DNA of 64,000 nucleotides from an uncultured virus (IMG/VR IMGVR_UViG_3300008262_000099) (lineage: Duplodnaviria; Heunggongvirae; Uroviricota; Caudoviricetes). The notes under the pieces are model-generated. The model was not told the DNA's origin. It was given only the letters and a program-made list of their open reading frames with translations, and did no database searches. Within the stretch, counting starts at the first letter, position 1. Each line of letters starts with the position of its first letter. The translations under genes and the position numbers were made by a program. The stretch lies in IMG/VR virus record IMGVR_UViG_3300008262_000099. One strand, 5' to 3'. Of the stretch, positions 56,105 to 64,000 are shown one piece after another.

Positions 56105-58917
56105 TGGCAAAAAAGAAAAGAATAACTAAGAAGGCTGCAGCTACTGCACAAAAAAGAGTTGCAAAGAGTCTTAGTAATAAACCAAAAGTTGAGAAACCAG
56201 AAGTAGTAAGAGACAACACTGGTCTTGAAGCTAAACTTAACGATCCTAGACCTTTAGGTTACGGGAATACTTTAGTTCCACAAACTGAACGTGGAGAAAC
56301 CGGTTTAGATCCTAGAGATGTAGCCGCCGATGCTGCAGATGTTGCAACCGTTAAAAAACTTGAAGCAGAACCACCTACAGTAAACCCAACCCTTACTGCA
56401 CTTGTACAGGGACGACGTAGACAACAAAAAGCTGCTGAAAGCTCTAGAGTAGTTCCTCTTGAAGAAGCTGTTGCTGGAGTTGAAGCACAAGCTAATCGAG
56501 GAGATTTTCCAGAACCTACCCCAGGTCAAGAACGCATTCAAGAAAGCCAACGTGGTGGAAATACGGGCACAGGCAATATTGATTACAGGTTTTTACCTGC
56601 AACCCCACCAGAACAAAAGCCAGCAACTCCTGGTTTAATTGGAAAATTTACTGCACGTGCAGGGCGCGGAGCTAATCTACAAAACCCTCCCCTAGCTGTA
56701 AGTCAAGGAGAAGGTCAAACTAACGTAATTAACTCTACTGCACGTCGTCTTGCAAAAGGATCACTAATTGATAACGGTGTTGAGCCTACAGATGAGAATG
56801 TTACTTCAGAGTTAGTTAACAACACCTCGCACGAACAAAAAGCAAGAGTTATGGCTTACACAGGTCTTTCTCACGATGACATTCTTAATTACATGGGTAA
56901 AAATGAACGCGAAGGAAGAACCCGTTTGGGTACCCTTCACGAAACTGTTATGCAGTTCCACCGTTCTCGTCAAAAACATGACGTAACACGTGAGATGGGA
57001 CTTGTACGCAACAATGATGGCTCTTTCACAGCTACTCCAGATGCAGACAATCAATATTGGCAACATCCAACTGAAACCGTAAAAGTAAACGGATTAGATG
57101 TCAAAAAAACCTATCGAGTTTCTGACATGCACCCGGACATGGTAAAAGAATTAACGCATCCATCCGGATGGGGCGGACACAGTGGAAATGCAGACTTTGA
57201 AGGTGTAACCGGATCCGCTGCTTCTGGAACTGCTTCTCCAGTAATTAACCGTTTTGGTCACGTTAAGTCAGGCCCAAGAAATGCAGAAACTTGGAGATTC
57301 CAAGCTCCACCTCCGGGTTGGGGAGAAGATTCTTCTATTGAAGGTATTAAATCTGATCACATTACAATGCTTGGAAGTGGCATTACCCCAAACGTTATAA
57401 ATCTTGTAGAACGAGTTCGTCAAGGATATAAAGGCTCTGTTGATTTAGGTACTGCCGAAAAACCAAAGAGGTCTAGTGGCGAATTAACTATTAGTAAAGA
57501 AAACGATGATGAAATTGAAACTGAAGGCGATCGCAGCAGAAAACGTCGTTTATTCCGATCAGTAACACGAGGAGCCCCTAAAGAAGGTCCAGTAGGTGGC
57601 ATGTTCTATACCTCTCCAGAAGGTTTTAGAGTAGATGCTGAAGGTGTTGCTAAAAGAGGGCAGGCTCAAGGGGTTAATATTCCTTCTACAAGCGTGCCTG
57701 GTCCAGGATTTACTAACGAAACTGAATACGTAGAAGAAAAGTTTAAGAAGCCTAGAAAGAAAAAAGAAAAAGGCGCAATTGTTGGACTAAAGGGTGAAGG
57801 CATACCTGCAGGCTTTGATGATGCCAATAACCCAGTACCACTACCTCCTCGTGCAGGACGTCGTGGCGGCACTACCGTAATCGTTGACCCAGAAACTGGA
57901 AAGCGATCACAAAGACGTGCTGTGCTAGTAAGACAAACAGGTTTACAAACTTCTATGAGGTCTGCTGCAGAATCTTCTGCAGAAGTGCTTGTTGGACAAA
58001 ATGAAGTTGCTGAAGAAATTTTAAAGGGAAATAGAAGTCAACAGTTTAGACAACTAGTTCAACCACCAGCACCTACTGGAAGAGCGTTTATGGGTCCACC
58101 ACCAAAACAAGAGGTTATTGACTTTGGAACTGCTAATCTTTCATTAGGTGAATCAAAGCGTACCGCACCAGACATAGTAAGACAAATAGTAGAGGGACCT
58201 GTTAGTAGAGTTCAATACAATATGGAGCAGGCAGCTACTGGTGGTACCGGATATTTTGAAAAATATGTTGGAAATTCTGATAAAAAAGAATTGGTTACAG
58301 AACCAATTCCACAATCAACGAGTGCAACTATTAGGAATAGTGTTCAAGACCCAACGTATGGAAAAGTAACCTACATGCCGGAATTACCTGAGCGAGAAAA
58401 GGAAGAGAATAAAGTTCCTACTGGGGCTATCGGTCAAAAAGAGTTTAAGCAAATTACTGCTAGACAGCAAAGAGAAGACGAGGCAGACGCCGCTGTCAAA
58501 GCAGCTAGAGCAAAAGCTGATGAGTCAAGAGCTCCACTTCCTGGACAATACATGTTTAATTTCCAAGATCCTGCAAAACCTGGCGCTATGATTAGTCGTC
58601 AGTTACTTGGGGGAACTATTCGTCCTCTAACAGATGCAGAAGCCTCTGTTGAACAGAGCGGTTGGAATACCGTTCGTGGTATGAACCCACGAGGTATTAA
58701 AGATCGTCCTACTCAACAAACCCCACCTAGTTCTGGTACCGCACCTCAGGTTAATAAAGGTGAAAGACTGGTTCGTAGTGGAGATGTTGAAACTGGTCAA
58801 GAAGGTATTGCAGTTGTAGGTAGTGATAAAAAAACTGGAGACACCGCTGTACGACGACTTAAGGGGCCTAAAGAATCTGTTCGTAACGAAAGAAATGCTG
58901 GCAAGAAGAGAAGCTGA
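56104..58917 (+). CDS. Large, probably disordered hypothetical protein
   Basis: 937 aa, no Cys, rich in P/G/E/R/K/T. Confidence 0.6.
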   Translation: MAKKKRITKKAAATAQKRVAKSLSNKPKVEKPEVVRDNTGLEAKLNDPRPLGYGNTLVPQTERGETGLDPRDVAADAADVATVKKLEAEPPTVNPTLTALVQGRRRQQKAAESSRVVPLEEAVAGVEAQANRGDFPEPTPGQERIQESQRGGNTGTGNIDYRFLPATPPEQKPATPGLIGKFTARAGRGANLQNPPLAVSQGEGQTNVINSTARRLAKGSLIDNGVEPTDENVTSELVNNTSHEQKARVMAYTGLSHDDILNYMGKNEREGRTRLGTLHETVMQFHRSRQKHDVTREMGLVRNNDGSFTATPDADNQYWQHPTETVKVNGLDVKKTYRVSDMHPDMVKELTHPSGWGGHSGNADFEGVTGSAASGTASPVINRFGHVKSGPRNAETWRFQAPPPGWGEDSSIEGIKSDHITMLGSGITPNVINLVERVRQGYKGSVDLGTAEKPKRSSGELTISKENDDEIETEGDRSRKRRLFRSVTRGAPKEGPVGGMFYTSPEGFRVDAEGVAKRGQAQGVNIPSTSVPGPGFTNETEYVEEKFKKPRKKKEKGAIVGLKGEGIPAGFDDANNPVPLPPRAGRRGGTTVIVDPETGKRSQRRAVLVRQTGLQTSMRSAAESSAEVLVGQNEVAEEILKGNRSQQFRQLVQPPAPTGRAFMGPPPKQEVIDFGTANLSLGESKRTAPDIVRQIVEGPVSRVQYNMEQAATGGTGYFEKYVGNSDKKELVTEPIPQSTSATIRNSVQDPTYGKVTYMPELPEREKEENKVPTGAIGQKEFKQITARQQREDEADAAVKAARAKADESRAPLPGQYMFNFQDPAKPGAMISRQLLGGTIRPLTDAEASVEQSGWNTVRGMNPRGIKDRPTQQTPPSSGTAPQVNKGERLVRSGDVETGQEGIAVVGSDKKTGDTAVRRLKGPKESVRNERNAGKKRS

Positions 58918-59096
58918 TGAGCAGAAAGTCAAGCTTTAAACAAAAAGCTTCGAAGCCCTCGGTTTTTAAGTCTTTACGGAATAATGCTAGGGAAGCCGCT
59001 GAATACATCAGCGGTATTCCTTATACCCCAAAATACGACAAAGATATTGAGGTTCGTACTCCAGGCCGAGGCATGAATGGCGAATCGAGCAATTAA
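58917..59096 (+). CDS. 59-aa hypothetical protein (not in ORF track)
   Basis: MSRKSSFKQK...GESSN; TGATG and TAATG coupling. Confidence 0.55.
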   Translation: MSRKSSFKQKASKPSVFKSLRNNAREAAEYISGIPYTPKYDKDIEVRTPGRGMNGESSN

Positions 59097-59398
59097 TGCC
59101 ACGTGGAAAAAGAAAACCTACTTATTACGGTACTAGAGCTTTACGGCAGGTAATCGTAGATAGAACTTCTAAAGAAGCTAGACCTTGGAACCATAAAGGT
59201 GTAGTAGACGCCTCTATTACTCATGGGGTTTCTTTTGGAAGTTACAAAGAAGTAGCTAGATTTGAAAATATGCTTGAAGGTCGTGGAGATCTGGAAGCAA
59301 AAGACAGACATACCTGCGGATCATGCGATAAACTCGTTGGGTTCGCAAAAAACCCGTCAGACAAATTCTTATGCACTTGTGGAGAAAACAATGGCTAA
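59096..59398 (+). CDS. Hypothetical Zn-ribbon protein
   Basis: CGSC...CTC. Confidence 0.5.
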   Translation: MPRGKRKPTYYGTRALRQVIVDRTSKEARPWNHKGVVDASITHGVSFGSYKEVARFENMLEGRGDLEAKDRHTCGSCDKLVGFAKNPSDKFLCTCGENNG

Positions 59399-59651
59399 AA
59401 CAGCAGCTTGGCAACGTAAAGAAGGTCAGAACCCAGAAGGAGGCCTAAATGCTAAAGGTCGTGCTTCTGCTAAAGCACAAGGACATAATTTAAAACCACC
59501 GGTATCAGCTAAGCAAGCAAAAAAGTCTAAAAAAGCAGCGGCACGCCGCAAATCTTTCTGTGCTCGTATGGGTGGTATGCCTGGTCCTATGAAAGATGCT
59601 AAAGGACGACCAACTCGTAAGGCATTGGCCTTACGTAAATGGGATTGCTAA
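59391..59651 (+). CDS. Conserved basic phage protein (DUF6321-like)
   Basis: AWQRKEG.NP.GGLNAKGRAS...RRKSFCARM...KWDC. Confidence 0.65.
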   Translation: MAKTAAWQRKEGQNPEGGLNAKGRASAKAQGHNLKPPVSAKQAKKSKKAAARRKSFCARMGGMPGPMKDAKGRPTRKALALRKWDC

Positions 59652-59803
59652 TGTGCGAGCACGTCTATAAAGATATGGGTGCAGATATTTGCCCAAAGTG
59701 CGGAAAAGACACTCATCGCACAAACTGGGAATACCAGCATCAACTTCACAGAGATTGGATTGCAAGCGGTAAAGCGGAATTACAAGGATGGTGGTCAATA
59801 TGA
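59651..59803 (+). CDS. 50-aa Cys/His peptide (not in ORF track)
   Basis: MCEH...CPKCG..TH. Confidence 0.5.
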   Translation: MCEHVYKDMGADICPKCGKDTHRTNWEYQHQLHRDWIASGKAELQGWWSI

Positions 59804-59940
59804 GTTCTGGCAAGTACAAAACTAAGCATCCATTTAATAAAACTCAAATTAAAGATGGCTGGGTTGTGCGCTTACGTAAAAACGGCACTATAGCCGCTAA
59901 GCTTGAAAAATACCCTAGAGAGAAAAAACATGGCCACTAA
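59800..59940 (+). CDS. 46-aa basic peptide (not in ORF track)
   Basis: MSSGKYKTKHPFN..QIKDG.VVRLRK.G. Confidence 0.5.
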   Translation: MSSGKYKTKHPFNKTQIKDGWVVRLRKNGTIAAKLEKYPREKKHGH

Positions 59941-60229
59941 GAAAAAAGTCGTAGCTAAGGGTAAAGAGTACGAAGGCTCTAAACAAAACGGTGGTCGCAA
60001 GATTATCGTAGAGCACTACAAAGATTCAAAAGGTCATTGGCGTACTACTTCCCACAATGCTGCTCGCTACAAGTACCAAAAGAAACACGGCAAACTTTCT
60101 AGAGATACTGACGTAGATCACAAGAATAATAACCACGATGATGATCGTGATGGAAATTTAAGGCCGTTAAGACACGGCAAGAATACTGCTAAAGAGAATA
60201 AACGTAGAGCAAGAAAAAAGGCCCGGTAA
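59930..60229 (+). CDS. HNH endonuclease-like protein
   Basis: DVDHKNNN..DD..GNL...N. Confidence 0.75.
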   Translation: MATKKKVVAKGKEYEGSKQNGGRKIIVEHYKDSKGHWRTTSHNAARYKYQKKHGKLSRDTDVDHKNNNHDDDRDGNLRPLRHGKNTAKENKRRARKKAR

Positions 60230-60243
60230 CCCGGGCCCTTTTC
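60214..60243. terminator. Bidirectional terminator
   Basis: AAAAAA-GGCCCGG-TAAC-CCGGGCC-CTTTT. Confidence 0.75.
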
Positions 60244-60776
60244 TATTGTTGCGGGAATTTATCCAGCCATTGTTCAATTTTAGGTTCTGAAGAACTGCCA
60301 TCATAGGCGTTGGGACCATATCCCCAAGAACCCCAGTTAGTGCCTTTAGCCGTCATATAGAAGGCTGCTTTAGCGTTTTCTACTGGATCGAATAGCTCAG
60401 TATTCTTTTTTATGCCGAATTTTTTTCTGCGGTCTTCTCCCAAAGAACCAAGCATATTAATCTGGAATATCCCATAAGAATCGTCTCCCGTAGAGATATT
60501 GTCATTGTGCGCCTTTGGTCGTCCATTAGACTCTTTTTTAGCTACGGCCCAAGCTATCTTAAGAGCTTTTCCCTCAAACCCAACTAAAGACAATACCTCA
60601 ACAAGCTCTTTGTCTGAGAGCTCTTTAGCGTTTCTGTATTTATCTAGTGGATCTACAGTAGTAGCTACTGTCACTGTAGCCCCATCTGTTTGGTTTGCTA
60701 ATGCTGCAGGTATACCTGCTAGCAGCAATGCTGCTATCCAAGGTGCTATATAGCGGTGTTTTTCATGTTTCTGCAC
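60243..60776 (-). CDS. Secreted lytic transglycosylase (lysozyme-like/SLT fold)
   Basis: Signal peptide; AKKESNG, SYGIFQIN, LFDP..NA, W..W. Confidence 0.85.
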   Translation of the reverse strand: MQKHEKHRYIAPWIAALLLAGIPAALANQTDGATVTVATTVDPLDKYRNAKELSDKELVEVLSLVGFEGKALKIAWAVAKKESNGRPKAHNDNISTGDDSYGIFQINMLGSLGEDRRKKFGIKKNTELFDPVENAKAAFYMTAKGTNWGSWGYGPNAYDGSSSEPKIEQWLDKFPQQ

Positions 60777-60925
60777 TCGTTCTCCTAGGCTAGAGAGCCA
60801 GTCCTAACTTCGTATACCTGTCACCTATACTAAGCAACTTGGCCTCTTTCTGCCAAGTTCGGTCTGCAACCCTTTTGTTACGGAGGTGCTGATGGCCAGA
60901 TTTCTCTGGCCATAGGGACTACCAT
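60777..60925 (-). promoter_or_regulatory. Structured 5' leader of the transglycosylase (riboswitch-like candidate)
   Basis: Putative -10 TATGGT, GAAA-capped hairpin, three-way junction, SD-containing hairpin. Confidence 0.5.
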
Positions 60926-61007
60926 ACCAGTAAATACACACGTACTGTCAACTGCAACCCGATATAATATTATTTATCGAATCGTTATAGAAAATGGACT
61001 ATGATTA

Positions 61008-61283
61008 ATGAGAATTGAACGTATTGCTACAAAACAGGGACATCCGGTTCCTGAAGCAGCTTCTTATGCTAAAGGACCTTTTCCTCAGGAACTATTTCAA
61101 AGACCTGAAGTTGTAGTAGATTATGAGCCCTATGATGGTGGAAGCGAAACAGCTGTAGGCGGAACCGTTCAAAATAATTTTACTCCGTTAAAATATTTTA
61201 AATGCAGAGATTGTCAGGAAGTAATGACCGAACGGGAGACTCATGAGCACATCTGCCAGGTTGATAATGGCGAAACCGCGTAG
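61008..61283 (+). CDS. Hypothetical protein with C..C..H.C motif
   Basis: CRDC...H.C. Confidence 0.55.
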   Translation: MRIERIATKQGHPVPEAASYAKGPFPQELFQRPEVVVDYEPYDGGSETAVGGTVQNNFTPLKYFKCRDCQEVMTERETHEHICQVDNGETA

Positions 61284-61575
61284 TATCAAATCTGTATACT
61301 GGCACCCGCTTATCTATCCTATAAAGCCGCCAGTATTGTGGGAACCTGCAGAAACACAGGAGATTGAAGAGCCGTATCGCTTTGGAAAGGGATATGCGGT
61401 AAGATTACCGCTTACTAGAGTTGCTTTAGTGGTTGGAAAGTGGCGATCACGTTTTAGTGAAAGTCAAGCACTAACTAATGCCATACGTGGCAGAATGATG
61501 ATGGAAGACGAGGTGGATTGGGATTATGTTCGGTTTGGGGGGCAAAAAGATCAAACAGGAACGTCAGAAGACTAG
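61267..61575 (+). CDS. Hypothetical protein
   Basis: TQEIEEPYR.G. Confidence 0.5.
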   Translation: MAKPRSIKSVYWHPLIYPIKPPVLWEPAETQEIEEPYRFGKGYAVRLPLTRVALVVGKWRSRFSESQALTNAIRGRMMMEDEVDWDYVRFGGQKDQTGTSED

Positions 61576-61774
61576 AGTAGAGAAAAGAGTCGACTCTTTA
61601 CCTACATCTGAACTTCTACAATGGGCAGAACAAGCTCTATACCCAATTGGAAGAAACTTATCATCTTGGCAAAAATCTAATGAAGAAGTTTATTTAGAAG
61701 AAGCCAGAATGAACGCTGAAGTGGTGTACACAATAGTAGAAACAATAGCAAAGAGACAAAATGCAAAATTTTGA
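61526..61774 (+). CDS. Hypothetical protein upstream of terminase
   Basis: Coupled ORF. Confidence 0.5.
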   Translation: MFGLGGKKIKQERQKTRVEKRVDSLPTSELLQWAEQALYPIGRNLSSWQKSNEEVYLEEARMNAEVVYTIVETIAKRQNAKF

Positions 61775-63347
61775 AGATGATGAGCGTTTTGAGGAGCTTG
61801 AAGAAGAGTTTGAAGACGAAGAAGATGGCGGCGATCTTCCTGAAGAAGAGGAAGAACTAGATGAGTTGTCTAGGGAGTTTGTAAACGCCCTAATAGAAAA
61901 AATAATCCAATTTATGGAAATGTTGGTGGGACATACTTTACACCCATACCAAATGCCACTAGCTCGCAGGGTAATCGAATCTGTAATCATAAACGATGGT
62001 GAAGAAGTTACTGCCTTAGCAGCTCGTCAGTCAGGTAAATCAGAAACAATTGCAAATACGGTTGCAACCTTGATGGTTATTCTTCCTAGACTTGCAAAGA
62101 TGTACCCAGATCTACTTGGTAAGTTTGGTGATGGAATCTGGGTAGGTATGTTTGCTCCCATTCAATCCCAGGTTGAAACCCTTTATGGCCGCACTGTTTC
62201 TAGATTGACTAGTCCACGTGCACTAGAAGTTTTGGGGGACCCAGAAATTGATGACATACCTACAAAGACTCCAGGTATTGTTAAAAACATAAAGTTAAAG
62301 AATTCTGGCTCCACCCTAATGATGATGACAGCAAACCCTCGTGCAAAGATTGAATCTAAATCTTTTCATCTAATTATTATTGATGAGTGCCAAGACGCAG
62401 ATGACTTTGTAGTATCTAAGTCTATTGCACCTATGGGTGCATACTACAACGCTACTTTAGTTAAGACTGGAACACCAACAACTAGTAAAAATAACTTTTA
62501 TAAAGCTATTCAGCTAAACAAACGTCGTCAAACTAGCCGATCTGCTAAGCAAAACCATTTTCAATGGGATTGGAAAGACGTAGCAAAGTTCAACGCCAAC
62601 TATGAAAAGTTCATTAAGAAAGAGATACTAAGAATCGGGGAGGACTCAGATGAGTTCCAGCTATCGTACAATTGCAAATGGCTTTTGGAAAGGGGCATGT
62701 TTGTTACCTCGTCTATTATGGACAACCTTGGTGACACGTCCCAAGAATTGGTTAAAAGCTGGCATCGTTCACCGGTGGTGGTCGGAATCGACCCCGCAAG
62801 AAAGATGGACTCTACAGTTGTTACTGTTGTCTGGGTCGATTGGGATAGGCCTGATGAATTTGGTTATTATGATCATCGTGTTCTTAATTGGTTAGAGCTA
62901 CAGGGTGACGACTGGGAAGAACAGTATTTTCAGATAGTAAACTTTTTAGAAAATTACGATGTATTGGCTATTGGCGTAGATGCCAACGGTGTTGGAGATG
63001 CAGTTGCACAGCGTATGAAGATCTTGATGCCTAGGGCTGAGGTTATATCTATTTCTTCTAGCGCTACCGAGCAGTCTAGGCGCTGGAAGCACCTACAGGC
63101 TTTAATTCAACGTCAAATGGTTTCTTGGCCGTCCCATGCAAAAACACGACGGTTGAGAATATGGAAGAAGTTTTACCAGCAAATGTCGGACGCTGAGGTG
63201 AAATATAAGGGGGCTAATTTCACGGTGGCAGCTCCTGATGAGGCCCATGCCCACGATGATTTTGTGGATTCTTTAGCCCTTGCCTGCTCTTTAACACAGG
63301 ATATGGTTATGCCTACGGTAGAGGTTAGCTCTTCGCCGTTTTTTTAA
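61761..63347 (+). CDS. Terminase large subunit
   Basis: LHPYQ, ARQSGKS, IIDE.Q, TGTP, GIDPA, HDDFVDS. Confidence 0.92.
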   Translation: MQNFEDDERFEELEEEFEDEEDGGDLPEEEEELDELSREFVNALIEKIIQFMEMLVGHTLHPYQMPLARRVIESVIINDGEEVTALAARQSGKSETIANTVATLMVILPRLAKMYPDLLGKFGDGIWVGMFAPIQSQVETLYGRTVSRLTSPRALEVLGDPEIDDIPTKTPGIVKNIKLKNSGSTLMMMTANPRAKIESKSFHLIIIDECQDADDFVVSKSIAPMGAYYNATLVKTGTPTTSKNNFYKAIQLNKRRQTSRSAKQNHFQWDWKDVAKFNANYEKFIKKEILRIGEDSDEFQLSYNCKWLLERGMFVTSSIMDNLGDTSQELVKSWHRSPVVVGIDPARKMDSTVVTVVWVDWDRPDEFGYYDHRVLNWLELQGDDWEEQYFQIVNFLENYDVLAIGVDANGVGDAVAQRMKILMPRAEVISISSSATEQSRRWKHLQALIQRQMVSWPSHAKTRRLRIWKKFYQQMSDAEVKYKGANFTVAAPDEAHAHDDFVDSLALACSLTQDMVMPTVEVSSSPFF

Positions 63348-63429
63348 AGGTTTAGATACCTAAATGACCTAAATAGGTCGATACTTTTACCTGAGGAACC
63401 TCAACTCAAAACCCTATAGGAGAAATAAT

Positions 63430-63837
63430 ATGGCAGTGAATAACATCGCACCAGCCCCTCAGTTCCCTGAGAAGGTTGGCGCAAATTATGAGCGCAAAAT
63501 GTCTCCTGCAACTCCAGGAATGCGTGGTCCGCTACGCTTTGAAGAAGGTGTTGCAACAGACACGGATATCCCAAATGACTTTCAAGTAGGATTGGATCAA
63601 GGCTACGACGTACCAGCCGGACGTCCTAACCACAACATGAACGTTATGGAAAAATATCCTGAGGAGACAATGAAGCAACGTGCTCACGTCGGCTCAGCCG
63701 CATGGGTAGAAGCTCCAGTATATGTCGCTGAATTTTCACAAGGCGGCTATGGAGATCATTCTCAGGTCGAAATTGAAGAAGCTATTCGTTCAGGTGCTCG
63801 CTATCAGCGTGTAAACCCTGCACAGGTAGCTGACTAA
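63430..63837 (+). CDS. Hypothetical virion-associated protein
   Basis: GPLRFEEGVATDTD; lies between terminase and portal. Confidence 0.55.
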   Translation: MAVNNIAPAPQFPEKVGANYERKMSPATPGMRGPLRFEEGVATDTDIPNDFQVGLDQGYDVPAGRPNHNMNVMEKYPEETMKQRAHVGSAAWVEAPVYVAEFSQGGYGDHSQVEIEEAIRSGARYQRVNPAQVAD

Positions 63838-63922
63838 TACAGTAGACTACGGGTACCCCAGCCTCGTATTCCCTTCTCCGGGGCTGGGGCCCTACTAATA
63901 TTTAATAAATAAGGATGAGGTA

Positions 63923-64000
63923 ATGGCTGGCGGAATAGATTTTTCACCCCCGAGTTATAGAGCAGCATCCTCTGACTTAACAATCTCTATTTCTCCACTT
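63923..64000 (+). CDS. Probable portal protein, N-terminus (truncated by the window)
   Basis: MAGGIDFSPPSYRAASSDLTISISPL resembles, from recall, portal N-termini of large actinobacterial myoviruses; position after terminase. Confidence 0.55.
   Translation, partial: MAGGIDFSPPSYRAASSDLTISISPL

Noticed and set aside
61694..61990. Ser-rich minus-strand ORF
   Set aside because: Antisense of the acidic N-terminus of the terminase

Overview
A 64 kb segment of a large contractile-tailed dsDNA bacteriophage, most likely infecting Actinobacteria (two WhiB genes, leaderless-type promoters, GAAAGG/AGGAG SD sites; a freshwater low-GC host is inferred). Order: baseplate/tail genes (1-6.8 kb); replication/recombination block (6.9-25 kb: initiator, DnaC-like loader, DnaB, primase, SNF2 helicase, Hsp20, SSB, PolA, RecA, resolvases, Cas4-like nuclease, dNMP kinase, SpoVS); inverted CHAP/membrane/surface-protein cassette (25-29.2 kb); holin-like and small basic proteins (29.3-35.5 kb); nucleotidyltransferase + HAD-like + TGT-like trio and class II RNR (35.5-40.4 kb); a minus-strand early-type region (40.7-53.2 kb: HicA-like, UV glycosylase, MoxR AAA+/VWA) with several long, heavily base-paired non-coding blocks; then KTSC, Ntn protease, PASTA protein, HNH, lytic transglycosylase, large terminase and the start of a probable portal. 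Strongest leads: candidate large ncRNAs at 46.8-47.3 and 49.1-49.7 kb, a covarying pseudoknot present twice, a riboswitch-like leader on the transglycosylase, and an NTase with two apparent pseudo-enzyme partners. All calls come from reading motifs and pairings by eye; no searches or folding programs were run.
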